The notes under the pieces: generated by a model
The model's input: only the letters and a program-made list of their open reading frames with translations
Databases searched by the model: none
What the model was told of the DNA's origin: nothing
NCBI RefSeq assembly: GCF_009914755.1
Contig: NC_060926.1
DNA length: 64,000 nt
Strand: one strand, 5' to 3'
DNA from: the human T2T-CHM13v2.0 reference genome, Homo sapiens
Program-made: the position numbers and the translations under genes
Shown here: positions 14,613 through 27,776 of the stretch, in pieces
Position numbering within the stretch: position 1 is the stretch's first letter
How the letters are laid out: every line of letters starts with the position of its first letter

Positions 14613-15047
14613 GGAAGCTCATTGACGGTAGAGGCACCTTTTTTTTGGAGTCTCCAGAGAACCTTGCACTTGAAGGACAAACATGGGCTCTCTGCATGGA
14701 ACTGATTCTTCTTTGGATTTTCCTTTATTGTCCTAAATAGACATCATCATTTGTTCTTGTGAAGGTTCTTTCCTAGAACATTTCTTTTGTTTTGGTTTTT
14801 AAAAGACAATAATTGGGCTTCTGTCACATTCTTTGGAAAACTATCTTTAACTATGCAGCCTGTTCACTCATAACAAAAAAATTCCTATTCTCTCATCCAT
14901 ATGCTCACAGAAGATAAAGCTAAAATAGCTTGTTTTATATTACTGGTATTGAAATGACAAATATGTCTCCAAATAGCAAATGGGTAGAGTAATGCAGATT
15001 TAAATTTCACCTGGGTTAGGAGGCATTATTTCTGACAACACTGTTAT

Positions 15048-15150
15048 TTCACCCATTCATCTATCCATTAACCAAACATTCATTGAGCATTTACTTAGTG
15101 CCAGGCCCAGAGACACATGGGCGATGCATAGCTGAATAGAAAAGGGTCAA
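15048..15150 (-). mobile_element. L2 3' tip
   Basis: CATTCAT...CAAACATTCATTGAGCATTTACTTAGTGCCAGGC. Confidence 0.6.
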
Positions 15151-15589
15151 GGAAGGCATGGCAGGGAGCAGCATATAGTGGAATTATTAGCATTTTACCT
15201 CCATTTACTCCTTTCATTGTTTTTAGGATTAAACACAGGAAAAAGAATCTATATGTGCTTCTTCAAGGTAGTATATCTCAAGGAAACTATTGGCTTAGTA
15301 TGTTGGGGTTGGTTTTTCTGGTTTGTAGATTGTTCATTTTTCATTTCTTCTCTTGTCCCCTGAATATTCTGTACCTTCTGTGTCCCTCCCTCTATGTCCC
15401 TGTCCAGGGACTGGGCAATCAGAGAGGGACAGAGAAAGGGGTGAACCTGTAGCTTTGCTTTTTGTTAGCTACTCCAGGTAAAGACTAGTTCAGAACTCAA
15501 ATCCTAAAGTGATTTTCCTGTATGAAATGTGACTTGGGAGTGTTGGGGGTTTCCTTAGCCCAGTGTTAAAGTGTCATGACATGGCCTTT

Positions 15590-16110
15590 GTTAGAAGAGT
15601 CACTGGATTCCTAATATTAACTCTGCCAGTTACTCTCTGGGTCCCTCCTCTACCTCATCTGAAAAGTGAGCATCGCCACGCCAGTCTTTTAGAAGTATTG
15701 TGAGGATGAAATGCCTGTATGCTGCTGGCACATGCAGGTGCCCAGCAAATGTCCATCTCTTCCTTCCCCCTCTAGTATTTCAAGGTGACAGGCAGCAGTT
15801 TTCACCTAAGTGTTATGCCTAAGAAATGATAATAACACTGTTCACTGCCATATTTTAAGTTTAACCCCTGTACTTATTAAAGGGCTATCAAATTTGGTTG
15901 AGGAAGACCAGGGGTCATGAGAATAGTCTTGACCTTGCCAACTGCTGTATAGTGTGATCTTAAGTAATTCTCAGCCCCTTTCCTTTGTCCCTCCCATCTT
16001 ACCATCTATCAGGAGGGGAGCCTGAATGGTCCCCTCTTCCTTGCAGGGGAGCTGTGGGGCACAGATGAGATAAAGCAGGTGGAGTACTTCAAGAAGTTTA
16101 AAACTTACAA
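15590..16110 (+). mobile_element. Two degenerate MIR fragments (~15590-15750, ~15900-16110)
   Basis: CCTCATCTGAAAAGTGAG; TTGTGAGGATGAAATG; TGTGATCTTAAGTAA. Confidence 0.45.
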
Positions 16111-18419
16111 ATGCCAGAGACTTACTATCATCACTATCATTTGGACATGGAATAATTCACTTTCAATTCCTTATTCAGTATCACTTTTGTGGGCATGTCT
16201 TTTACCACCATATTTCATGCATACATGTGCCCAGTTCTGTGGAGCTCGGTTCCGAGCAGCGCTAGGGGCCTGAACTATTGTTGCCCTCTTAGGACACAAT
16301 TTTATGTGGGGAGAAGCAGCAGGCTTTATTTCACCTGCTTGAAACTCTAGTTGCGGAGAAATTTGGCTCAGACTTTCCAAAATAAACTCACCTTTGGGCT
16401 GAATCCAGGAGTGGAAAATTTTAGCTGAAAAGGATGGCTTGTCAGAAAACATAGGAGTGACTGCCAGTTGGGGGTATATGTACTCCAGAGGAGGCGGGGT
16501 GTAAACCCAGCTGTACCATTCCCTGCACCGCATGCTCCAACCAGACCAACCCAGCCCTCCGTGAGTAGAGGTTACAGGCTTATTGGAAGGAGGGAGGCAT
16601 GACAAATCTTAAGGATTGTCTGTTTTTTTCCACTGTCAGATAAACCTCCACGCTTTGGCTTCTAGAGTGATGGGTGGGCTTGCTTTCCTTTTGTGGACTT
16701 GATGGCATTTGACTGTATAATTATTCTTCTCAGCTGAATATCCCTGAGTGTCCTTTGACATGATGGTGGTATAGGTAGCTTTACCAGGCATAATTTCTAT
16801 AATCCATAGAGTGTCAAGAAGGTACTTATTTTCCTATCAAATGCTGCTGACCTGATTAAGCCTTCTGCCTGGCTTTGTAGCTGAAGATAATGAGTTTGTC
16901 CAGTGCAGTGGCTGTTGGGACCTGGGGTCTTTCTGAAGATGATTGTAACCTGGGTGTGGAGTGGGGCCTTTTGTCAGTTGCTTTAAGTTAGATATCTGCT
17001 TCGGAGCTCTGTGTCTGGCTCTGTTCCCCAGGTCATAGTAGCCAACAAAGGGACCTGGTCCCCTGCAGTTGGCCCTTGAATTTTTTCTATTGTTTGAGAA
17101 CTAGAAATTATTTCTGCCAGAGATTTCACCTGAGAATACATCCAGGTGAGTTCTTGAGGTTAGGGTAGGATGAGAAGCAGTAGAAGCCCTGGGGGAAAAG
17201 AATTCTGAGTTGATGCTGGGGTAGGAATGCCACAGGACTGGCCAGGAGAATAGTTTCACAGCTGCTGTTGTAGTTGGCAAGAGAAAGAGGCTGTGAAATG
17301 AAATATTACACAGGATTGCCTTAGACACTCAATGGAAAACTTTTTTCCCTCCTTCCACCAGAGGAAATGAATGCATGCTGATGGTAATGAGAAAATGAGG
17401 CTCTGAAAGTGCCTGCTTTTCCTTCATTTTCATCTTTCCCTTCTTTTCTCTGAATCCTCCCTGCCCTTGTGTCAAGCTTCATTCCTGGTTCTCCCAGGTC
17501 GGAGGAACTTGAAGCAGTGTTTGTCAACCAGTCTTGACTGAGAGGTGTCTGAGAAGACTGGGCTCTACCCTTGCAGGAGTCAGATTGGGTTCCAGAATGA
17601 TCTTTGCTCTTGTTTCTGCTTTGAATGAATGGTTTGCACATGTCTCAATCTCTGGCATCACATCCCAGCAGTATCTTCTCTCCTGTTTATCCTGAGGCAG
17701 GATTTTGTATTGGCCGCCTGATAGTTTGGCCCCCCACAATGAATTAAATTTCAGGAGCAGGAAAATGGGAACCCCTGTCTTCTGTGTGTAAGAGAATCTA
17801 AGAATACTGCATGTGACTCATGGTAAGAGATTTGATCATCAATAGCAAGAAATACCTTTCATTTGAACTGTGTCTTTTAGTTACCAGAGTCCTTTCTCAT
17901 TCCTTATTCCTGTGAGAAGGCAACTGGGGCAGAGGGTGGTTAAGTGATTTGCTCAAGATCCCAAACAGAATAAGCAATGACAGACATGAACTGGTTTTGC
18001 TTTTCACAGGTCAGTGGAAATTGAGTCGATTTTCCACTTTGACTGGGGAACTAGCTCTCTCCCCAAAGATGGGGGTCTTGGCCAACTCTGGAATTCTGTG
18101 ATTTTATGACTGTTATATTCCTCAGTCTAACAAATACCACATCTGAGTCTGCAAGAGCTGGTGTTTGATGATTGCAGTGGAAGTCCCTCGTGGATCGCAG
18201 TTCATTACTTCACAGGCAGATATTCCTCGGCTGGAGCATGTGTCCCAGAACTTACCAGGTCTGCTTGCAGCCCAGGCCTGTGCATCAGTCCCCATCTGTT
18301 AAATGTGGAGGCTGCTGCCTTTCTTCTGCTCATCAAGAGTGAGTCCTAGCCAAGATTGTAATTGTTACCAAACATCTGAATTCACTGGAGAGGCAGGAAG
18401 GGTGAGTGGATAATAACAC

Positions 18420-18575
18420 CTTATATTCCCATAGAAAGCTTTGTACTTCCCAGAGCCATTTAAACATTGATTATCTCATTCTAACTTCAGAACAGCCTTT
18501 ATTATCTTCATTTGACAGATGGGGGAGAAATGGAGGCACAAAGGATTTGTCACTTGGCCAAGGTCACAAAGCAGA
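18420..18575 (-). mobile_element. MIR
   Basis: CATTTGACAGATGGGGGAGAAATGGAGGCACAAAG...ACTTGGCCAAGGTCACA. Confidence 0.65.
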
Positions 18576-19286
18576 CTCGAAGCTGGTCCTGTGACTTGCT
18601 CTTGCCCCTGTGCTTGTCCTTTTGGGAGAGGCTTTATCTGTTCATGGAAGTCAAGGATGTTTCCTTCAAATATTTTCCCCTCAGCCCCTGCTTTTGAGGA
18701 TCTGCACTGGGGGAGGGAGAACATTTCTTCTGTGGCTTCTCATGTCTGTGGGACACACAGTTCGTGACGAATATGAAATAAAATGGAAATAGCTCCTGCA
18801 TCCTCCCACACAGACGAGCTGAGAGTCTGCCTCTGATGTGAGAGCCAGCATGGAAGGAGCGATGGCTCTGACTGTCCCCTTCTCCTTAGTTCCCAACTGC
18901 CAAGCCAGGAATCAGACCTGGGAGTGCAGGCATGAAGCTCCAGTTAGGCAGGCCCCAGCCTTCCTGCAGCATGACTTATGTCTGGTACCCCTGCGGGTTG
19001 CATTCCTGCTACTTCTCATAAGGTAGACACAAATTGGAGGCCTCCTCGATGGCAGGCAGTGCATGAGGAATGCTGGGATGCTGCAGGGTGCTGCACATGT
19101 TTCCTGCCTTCGGTGAGCTCCTGATCTACTACCAAAGTCCGCCTCTGTCACTCCTCCCTACGCATCATAGGTTGGACTCGAGAGCCTGCAGATTTCCTTT
19201 AATGTCTTCCTGGGCAGAGCAAGTTGCTAAGCTGGGGCTCCAGTCCACAATCATCAAGTGCCACAGAACAAAGCTGTGAGGTCAGT

Positions 19287-20050
19287 TGTAGCAGAGATGG
19301 CTTATGTGTCCACCAAAGCCTACATCGTGGGAAAACAGCTAGACTACACCTCTCATTCCCTTATGACCAGGTGATATGGCTTGGCTGTGTCCCCACCCAA
19401 ATCTCATCTTGAATTCCCACATGTTGTGGGAAGAACCTGGTGGGAGGTAATTGAATCATGGGGCCAGGTCTTTCCCACGCTGTTCTCATGATAGTGAATA
19501 AGCCTCATGAGATCTGATGGTTTTATAAGGGGGAGTTTCCCTGCACAAGCTCTCTCTCTTTGACTGCTGTTGTCCATGTAAGATGTGACTTGCTCCTCCT
19601 TGCCTTCCACCATGATGGTGAGGCCTCCCCAGCCACGTGGAACTGTAAGTCCATTAAACCTCTTTCTTTTGTTAATTGCCCAGCCTCGGGTATGTCTTTA
19701 TCAGTAGTGTGAAAACGGACTAATACACCAGGTATGGCCAGGTGTGGTCCTGTGGCTCAATTCTGGCCAGTGGAATGTGGGTGAAAGGAGTAAGTGCTTC
19801 TTCTAGGCCAGCCCACAAAAACCTCCTGGGTCAGTGTCCCAGGTGCCTTCTCCCTCTGTTGGCTTAGAGCAGCCAGTCATAGTGGTCTTGGGGGCCATGT
19901 GTTGAAGGTGGCAGAGTCAGAAGAGGGAAGGAGCCTGACTCTCCAAATCCCTGCTTGGAAGAGAGCCACTCCTGTGTGGATAGTAGCACACAGTTTCACC
20001 TTGAATGGCAGTGAGCCACTATTTGGGGATTTACCTGTTACTCTAATATA
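19287..20050 (+). mobile_element. MLT1J/I-like old MaLR LTR, split by THE1A
   Basis: TGTAGCAGAGATGG start; TTCTGGCCAGTGGAATGTGGGTGAAAG; GCCATGTGTTGAAGGTGGCAGAG; degenerate TSD TCAGT/CCAGT. Confidence 0.75.
19372..19727 (+). mobile_element. THE1 (THE1A-like) solo LTR
   Basis: TGATATGGCTTGGCTGTGTCCCCACCCAAATCTC...GAAAACGGACTAATACA; perfect 5-bp TSD CCAGG; ATTAAA signal. Confidence 0.95.
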
Positions 20051-20849
20051 CCAGTTTGAGGGACAAAGACAATGGCTTGAGTCAGGATCATGGATTCAGT
20101 CTGGATGAGACAAGTGGGATTTGTGGAACTTACTGGCGCTGCTGCTCACACCTGGAGCTGCCTCTGGGTGTGAAAGAGTAGGAGGTGAAGACCCCCAATT
20201 CCCTTCTGGAAGAGGTTAGTAGGGCCTACCAGAGCTTGGTGGCAGGTGCTGGTCAGGAGCACCCTGGGCTGGGGCCAGCATACCGGGCAGACCCAGCCAG
20301 GCCAAGGTGGCAGCTGCTCCAACCAGGCCAAGACCCATGCACTGGGTTCTCAGCCTTCCTGGGTCAAGGCCAGAGGGCTGGTGTGATGGAAGATGCCCCA
20401 GTTCTGGCAGATCTTGGCTCTTGCTTCATGCCCTATATCAGCCAGCTATTTGACCTTGGACAAGGCCCTTCTCTGGCCCTTGGCATGATTCCTTTCATTT
20501 GCAGCAGCTGGGTGTGGACTAGATGATCATGGATGTCTATGAATGTGAATTTTGAAAGCTTTAGTACAGACTATGCTCTAGGAGTTTTTAGAGTTCCTGG
20601 GCCACCCCATCCCCATTCTGGATTCCAAGGCTATGGTTCTGCCTTAGTGTGACTGCTGCAGCATGTTGTCAAACAGCACTTTGACTTTCCCTGTGACCCT
20701 AAGTCAGGGACTTCCAGATCTAAACTCTTTCAAACTCTTTTGAATAAAATGGAAGGCATCTCATCTCCAGTCCCCATCTCTATTCACCTGGATATTGTGA
20801 CATCTCCCACTGGGAGAGATGTCTCCTGTCTCCCCTGTGACCATGTATC

Positions 20850-21132
<283 letters not shown>

Positions 21133-21144
21133 CATTTATCTTAT

Positions 21145-21410
21145 TTAATTAACACGTCCATAGCACTGGCTAGGTGCTGGGCACCGTTCTTGGACTTTTC
21201 TGTGTATTAACTCACTTAACCCCTGTAACAACCTGATGATGTAGGTACTATCACTATCCTCATATGACGGGTAAGAACACTGAGGCCCAGCCTGAGAGAT
21301 TAAGGAACACATCCCCAGTTTTTCAGCAGTAAAGCAAGAGGCCAAGCTGGGATTTGAACCCAAATAGTCTGGCTTCAAAGTCCATACCCTTGCCCACTGA
21401 GGTACACAGC
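21145..21410 (-). mobile_element. Near-full-length MIR
   Basis: ATTAACTCACTTAACCCCTGTAACAACC...CTGGGATTTGAACCCAAATAGTCTGGCTTCAAAGTCC. Confidence 0.8.
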
Positions 21411-22119
21411 CTCTTGTAAGTACTCCTTGAAAGTCCATACATCCTCCAGAGTCTCTAATATGTCCTCCTGAGAGCTTTGCTCTCCTGCTTCTGAATCTCA
21501 GTCCTAGATGGTCTGGTCTCAGTGGAACCCTGGAGTGTTTTTTAGCTCTATTTTCTTCTGTATATTTTCCTGCATGTTTTTCTCTTTGTGAAGCCTGTCC
21601 ATAGATTAATGATTCCATTGCCAGGCCCCAGGCCAGGATTCCCAGTCCCAAGAAGTGGCAGGAGAAGGCTCTGGACATTGCGGCTCCAGCATGGCCCAGA
21701 GTATGCCCAGGGCTTGGGGACTGGCTGTCACAGGGATTTACGGCTGTTACTAACTGACATCTTGTTTTTGCCAGGGCCAATCAGAGATGCTCAGGCCTGA
21801 CTGATATACCATTGTTTGCCACCCTGATGTTTCTGGAGCTGAGGCCTGCAGACCCTCACCCCTAAAGGATCGGGGTGTTTTACTGCCTGGCAGGCCAGAT
21901 GACACAACCTGACTTGTCTAGAGGCTGAACCAGGGGTGCTGGGAGAGAGGGGGGACCTTGCCTTCTCTCGCTTAACATGGGGTGGGAAAAATCCAGCCAG
22001 GCAAAAACATATTCCATCTGATCTCTCACTATTCTAAGTATTCAGTCTTTTTTCAGGTTGCTGCCCCCTCCCTGTCCCCTGTCCCCCTCCCTGTGGTTTT
22101 TGTGCTTTTAGATTGAAGG

Positions 22120-22645
22120 GAGCGCAGCTCAGAGCACGAACTTTGCAGTCCCAAAGATTAACGTGCAACTCAACCACTTACTTACTCTATGTGCAGCCAC
22201 AGGCAAGGTACTTATCCCCTTTGTGCCTCAGTTTCCTTAGCTATAAAGCAGGGAGAAAAAAGAGTGCCTACCTCACAGAATTATTGTGAGGACCAGAGTA
22301 ATAGACAACAGCTGCAAGGTACTTTCCACAGTGCTGGGCATATAACAAACAAGAGATCATGGACATCATGACCAAGAGCGAGGACTCAGGCCAGACTGCC
22401 TGGCTGCAAATCACAGCTCTGCTACCTATGACCTGGGTGACCTGGAGTAAGTCACTTAATGTCTCTGTGTCTCAATTGCCTCATCTGTAAAATGGGGATA
22501 ATGAAAGTCCTTATTTCACAAGATCATTGCAATGATTAAATGAATTAGCATTTGTAAAGCACTTAGCGTGCCTGGTGCCTAGCAAATATTCAGTACTTGT
22601 TAAATTAACTATATAAGTGTTCAAGACATGTTGGCTATTACTTCT
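22120..22645 (+). mobile_element. Two tandem MIRs (~22120-22360, ~22370-22645)
   Basis: Two cores: TGTGCCTCAGTTTCC...ATTGTGAGGA and GTGACCTGGAGTAAGTCACTTAA...CTCATCTGTAAAATGGGGATAAT. Confidence 0.8.
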
Positions 22646-22666
22646 ATTATGTTTCCATTATTGTTA

Positions 22667-22959
<293 letters not shown>

Positions 22960-23174
22960 TCCATTATTATTAGTAACTTTATATTATGTCCTATAAAGGA
23001 GGCAGGACAAATACTCCTATTTCACTCTGCAGATGAAAGGTTATGTGACGGGGGCAGATCCTCAGTTTAGCCCCCACTGTTACTTGAGTAAAGAATTACA
23101 TCTTCTCCACACTGTCTGTGTGCCCTCAGGTGTTCCTGTTGACAGTTGACCTCTTGCCACTCTACGGCCTGTCC

Positions 23175-23492
<318 letters not shown>

Positions 23493-23504
23493 TGTCCTGT
23501 CTTT

Positions 23505-24002
23505 TTGACACCCAAATCTGATCATGCTATTCCCCCTGCTTAAAGCCCCTGATGGGAAGCCTGTACTGTTGGTGGCCTCCAGGAACGTCTCTCCTCCTTG
23601 GCAAGGCCCATGAAGCTCTGGACCAATTGGCCCTGGCTGGTCCCACTGACAGTTGCATTCCCTCTATGATCTGCTACACCTCTGGGGCCTGGACAGGCCA
23701 TTCCCTTTGCCTGGAAGGGCCTTTTGCCTTTTTTCCATCCAGCTCAAGTGTCAGCTCCTCCCTGTACCTACAGGCAGAGTCTGGCTCCCTCCTCTGGGCT
23801 TCCATCTGCTTGGCTCCAGTGTTCTATTGCATGGTTCTCATTTGTTTAGGAGATGTTCAACTCCTCCAGCACACTTCCCTGTCCTTGGAGGGCGGGGACC
23901 ATGTGTCATTTATCTTCGTATTCGCCCCATACTTCTACCTCTTTGAGGCTGAAAGTATACCTGGCATATGTTAAATGCTCAGAGATTGTGACTAGATGAA
24001 TA
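23505..24002 (+). mobile_element. L2 3' fragment
   Basis: AAATCTGATCATGC...CTGCTTAAAGCCCCT; CTTGGAGGGCGGGGACCATGT; CCTGGCATATG...GATGAAT. Confidence 0.7.
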
Positions 24003-25119
24003 ATAATGATAATTACGACACTGTCGCCTTGCATCTGTAATGCGCATCATGATTCAAAAGCTCTCACACCTTTGTGTTTTCATCTTGGTCCCAGTCTGGT
24101 GCTGACTTGCAGTGCTGTCCTCCATAAGCTAGCTTATCTCCCTGGGCCTCAGTTTCTTTCCCTGTAAATGATCTGTAGTCGCTGTCACCTCGAGGCTCTT
24201 ATAAAGGTGAAGTGGATGCTTATTTAAGAATGTGTTTGGAATCAAGTTCTAGACATACAGAGGCTGTCATTGTTTTTGCTCATCTTGCCCTTGGACTCCG
24301 CAGCTGATCACCTTGCCAGATGGGAAGAGCCACAGGAGAGCATATGCCTGAGGGTGGCTAATAATGTGTATTTTTCTTTGCCCTACATATTTGTGTGATG
24401 CCTGATGGTAATGGATAGCTGTAAAGACTCATTATGTCCTGTGTAGCTGCAGGGGTATGCATCTTCCTTCTGTGTTACTGATTGGGAGGCTGAGCCCACA
24501 GAGAACCATCCAGGGCACACAGGCAAACCCTGCTGTAAGAAACTCAGTATATGAACATCCGGACCAACAAAAAAGTGGATGGTATTAAAGCAATTTTAAA
24601 AAATCATTCTTCATTTGAAGAAGGGATCCACTGGCATTTCTTTAAATAGGAAACCATGGCTGTTTTTAGGTTGAGGAGTTAAAACCTACCTAATAATGAA
24701 TGTGATGGGCCAAGAAGGGGGAAGGCAGAAAAGCCTAAAGATGTGGTATTAGTTTCCACTCATGGTAAATGAGAAGTGAAGATAAAACACCCCTGAAAAA
24801 GTGCATCTCTCTAGAAATAGATCTGGATTTGCAGGCATTCCATTTATGGGCACCTGTTTCAGAAGTAGGTCTGTGGTTATAACAGAGAGATACCCATAAC
24901 AATCTTCATTTACACAAAGGACTTTTATTCTATAAAGCATTGGTTTGCAAACTTTTGCATTTCTTGAGACAGTAAAATGTCTCTTCCTTCAACCCCCACA
25001 CCTCCAAAAGGGAAGGGCATTGACATAAAGTTATGTTCTTTTAATTTTACCAAGTAAGAATTTGAGCAATACATTTACTGTCATAATTATTTCATGAACA
25101 GAGCATTTTACTTCAATAA

Positions 25120-25530
25120 TTAAATAAGCATTTTTTGAGATCCAGTAGCCCCAAACACTGTGCTAAGTAGTGGCTGTTTAATGGCAGACACGATAGGCAT
25201 GGCCCCTGCTCTGATGGGACTTAGAGTCGGATGGAGGAGGGGCATGAAACAAGCCAATACATAAGAACACATAGAAAGGGTACTCTGAAGAGAGACACAG
25301 AGCTAAGATCAAGGTGAGGGGAGATGGCTTGCCTTTTGGTGGCATGGTCAGGGAAGGACTGTCCTACAAAGATGCAATAAACAGGGACAATGACATTGAG
25401 ACACAAAGGGAGAGAAGGAGCTGAGTAAGGAAAGGGAAATAAGTGTTCCAGGAAGAGGAAACTGCACTTGCAGAGGCCATGAGGTGGGAAAAGAACTTGA
25501 TGTGCTCAAGGTCAAAAAGCAGGACAGACA
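25120..25530 (-). mobile_element. L2 3' fragment
   Basis: CACTGTGCTAAG...GGCCCCTGCTCTGATGGGACTTAGAGTC; TGTTCCAGGAAGAGGAAACTGCAC. Confidence 0.7.
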
Positions 25531-27271
25531 CATCTCAGGATACAGAATGGCTCTTTAAATGAAACACATTCAGCTTTATGAAAACTTATGACAGTGAGTG
25601 TCTTTCTGTCTTGCTTTCTGCTTTCTTTCCTTGCTTTCCTCCTTCCTTATCTGGCTGTGGCCTCGTGAAAGGTCCTCTTGGCCCAGCACTACAATCCTGT
25701 TAAAGAGGTCCTGTGTGGGGAGTATAGACCGTGTGCTGAGGGGAATGGGGAGCTGGAGGTGTAACTCACTGGGTGTCTTCCCTGACTCAGGGGATGATGA
25801 GCCTTGAGCCTGTCCAGCCTGTCCTGAAATCTCCTTAGCATTCTTGGAGTCTAATGTCTGTATCCCTCGGAACCAAGGTGGACCTGAGGCATTGGCCACT
25901 GGCCTGAGAGTATTAGTCACTTTCATGAATGTGGGTAAGCTGGTTGCAGCCTCATGGTTTGGGTTTTTGGACAAGCAGACAACCACAAGGTGTTTCACCT
26001 CTTGGCCTTCAGGTTTCCGGCATCTGCAGGTTCCTCCTTAGGATTTGTTGTTTTCCCTGAAACAGGCTGGAGTTGTTCCCTGGCAGAAAATAAGACTGGG
26101 CTGCACAAAGCTTTTCCACAGGCAGGCAGGCAACTCGGAGCTGTGGGTTGAATGCATAACTCATTCACTCACTTACCAAATATTTCTTGAGTGCCAACTG
26201 TGTGCAACCGTGTGCATGACGCTGTGCAGCGCACCGCAGGAAGCAGAGGAGTGCCCACCACGAGATGCTCCTGGTCCACACAATGGCATCTTTTGCCTCA
26301 AACTCTCCCTATGTATATTGATCTTGTCACCTCTGCTAGGCTTAAGCTCCTTGTGGGAGGAAGCTTCTTGTCTCCTTCTGTTTTGACCCCTTGACACCCC
26401 TGATAGGTGCTAGTGAATCTTGAATTATGTCTCTGACTTTTGCAGTCTCAGGGAACTCAGAGTCCTTAAAGATACGGTTGGGTTTTCTTCTTTGACCAAT
26501 TTTGGCTTCTCCTGTTGGAGGAAATCCCTCCCCTCTTGCTTCCATCTATCCAGTGTCCTTCATTGTCACAGGGTTTCTAAGGAGCAAGAGACTCCTGCTC
26601 ATCTCTCCCAGAGACTTGGCTTCTTCTGAAATTTTCTACAAGAGTCAGTCTACAGGGTAGTCTATTCTAAGGTGTCAAGTCCCTTTTAAAAACAACATCT
26701 GCATGGTAAGGTATAAAGAGGAGATGAGCAGGTAAAGGGGGGATTATCTGTGGGTGGATTCTGAGAGCCCTCTGTCTTCTTTGCACTACACGAACTGCCT
26801 TTCTTTGGTGACTCAATTATTTTTGGGGGTGAGGATGGGGTCTGATGGTTTGGGACAGGTTGAGCAGTGTTGGCTGAAGGCAAACTGAAGTCCACAAAGC
26901 CTATCTTGATTGCTCTTCTTCCCTTTTCTGCACTCCCCCCATGATGCCTCTCATCTCAAAGCACCCCTGAACTCTCCCTCCTGGATGGAGGCCTAAAAGT
27001 CTCTGCTCCCAGTGCTGGGCCCACATTCTCAGCTGAGTCTTTCCTACTAAAATCCTGCTTCAGTTTTCGCTTCCAAGGTGCTTTTGAAACCTACAAGCCC
27101 CTCCTTTCTCTCCATTGTCTTTCTGCACTCGTGTGTTACTCACCTTCAATTGAATAGGGGCCCAGGCAGAACTGGAATCCCTGGGATGGTTGTTTCTCCA
27201 GCTTTCAAATGTCAAGGCTGGTGCCATGGTGTATTACTTCGTTCTCATGCTGCTATAAAGAACTGCCCTGG

Positions 27272-27555
27272 GGCCAGGTGCAGTGGCCCATGCCTGTAAT
27301 CCTAGCCCTTTGGGAGGCCAAGGTGGGCAGATCACTTGAGGTCAGGAGTTCAAGATTAGCCTGGCCAACATGGTGAAACCCTGTGTCTACCAAAAATACA
27401 AAAATTAGCCAGGCGTGGTGTCGCATGCTTGTAGTCCTAGCTACTTGGGAGGCTGAGGCACGAGAATCACTTGAACTTAGGAAGCAGAAGTTGCAGAGAG
27501 CCAACTTCTGGAGTTCCAGTGCACTCCAGACTGGGAAACAGAGCAAGACTCTGTC
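27272..27555 (+). mobile_element. AluS inside THE1 LTR
   Basis: Full dimer; degenerate TSD AAGAACTGCCC/AGGAACTTCCC; tail expanded into a GA-rich tract. Confidence 0.95.
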
Positions 27556-27776
27556 AAGAAAGAAAAAGAAAGAAAGAAAAAGAAAGAAAGGAAGAAAAAG
27601 AAAGAAAGGAAGAAAGGAAGAAAGGAAGGAAGGAAGGAGAGGGAGAAGAAGAAGAAGAAGGAGAAGGAGAAGAAGAAGAAGAAGAAGAAGGAGAAGGAGA
27701 AGAAAAAGAAGAAGAAGAAGAAGAAGAGAAGGAAGGAAGGAAGGAAGGAAGGAAGGAAGGAAGGAAGGAAGGAAAG
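27556..27776. repeat. 221-nt pure purine compound microsatellite (AAAG/GAA/GGA/GGAA), including (GGAA)11 at 27731-27774
   Basis: Read directly. Confidence 0.95.

Noticed and set aside
21145-21780. Longest ORF (211 aa, minus strand)
   Set aside because: Its C-terminal portion is a translated MIR; no domain or coding-like composition; non-ATG start.
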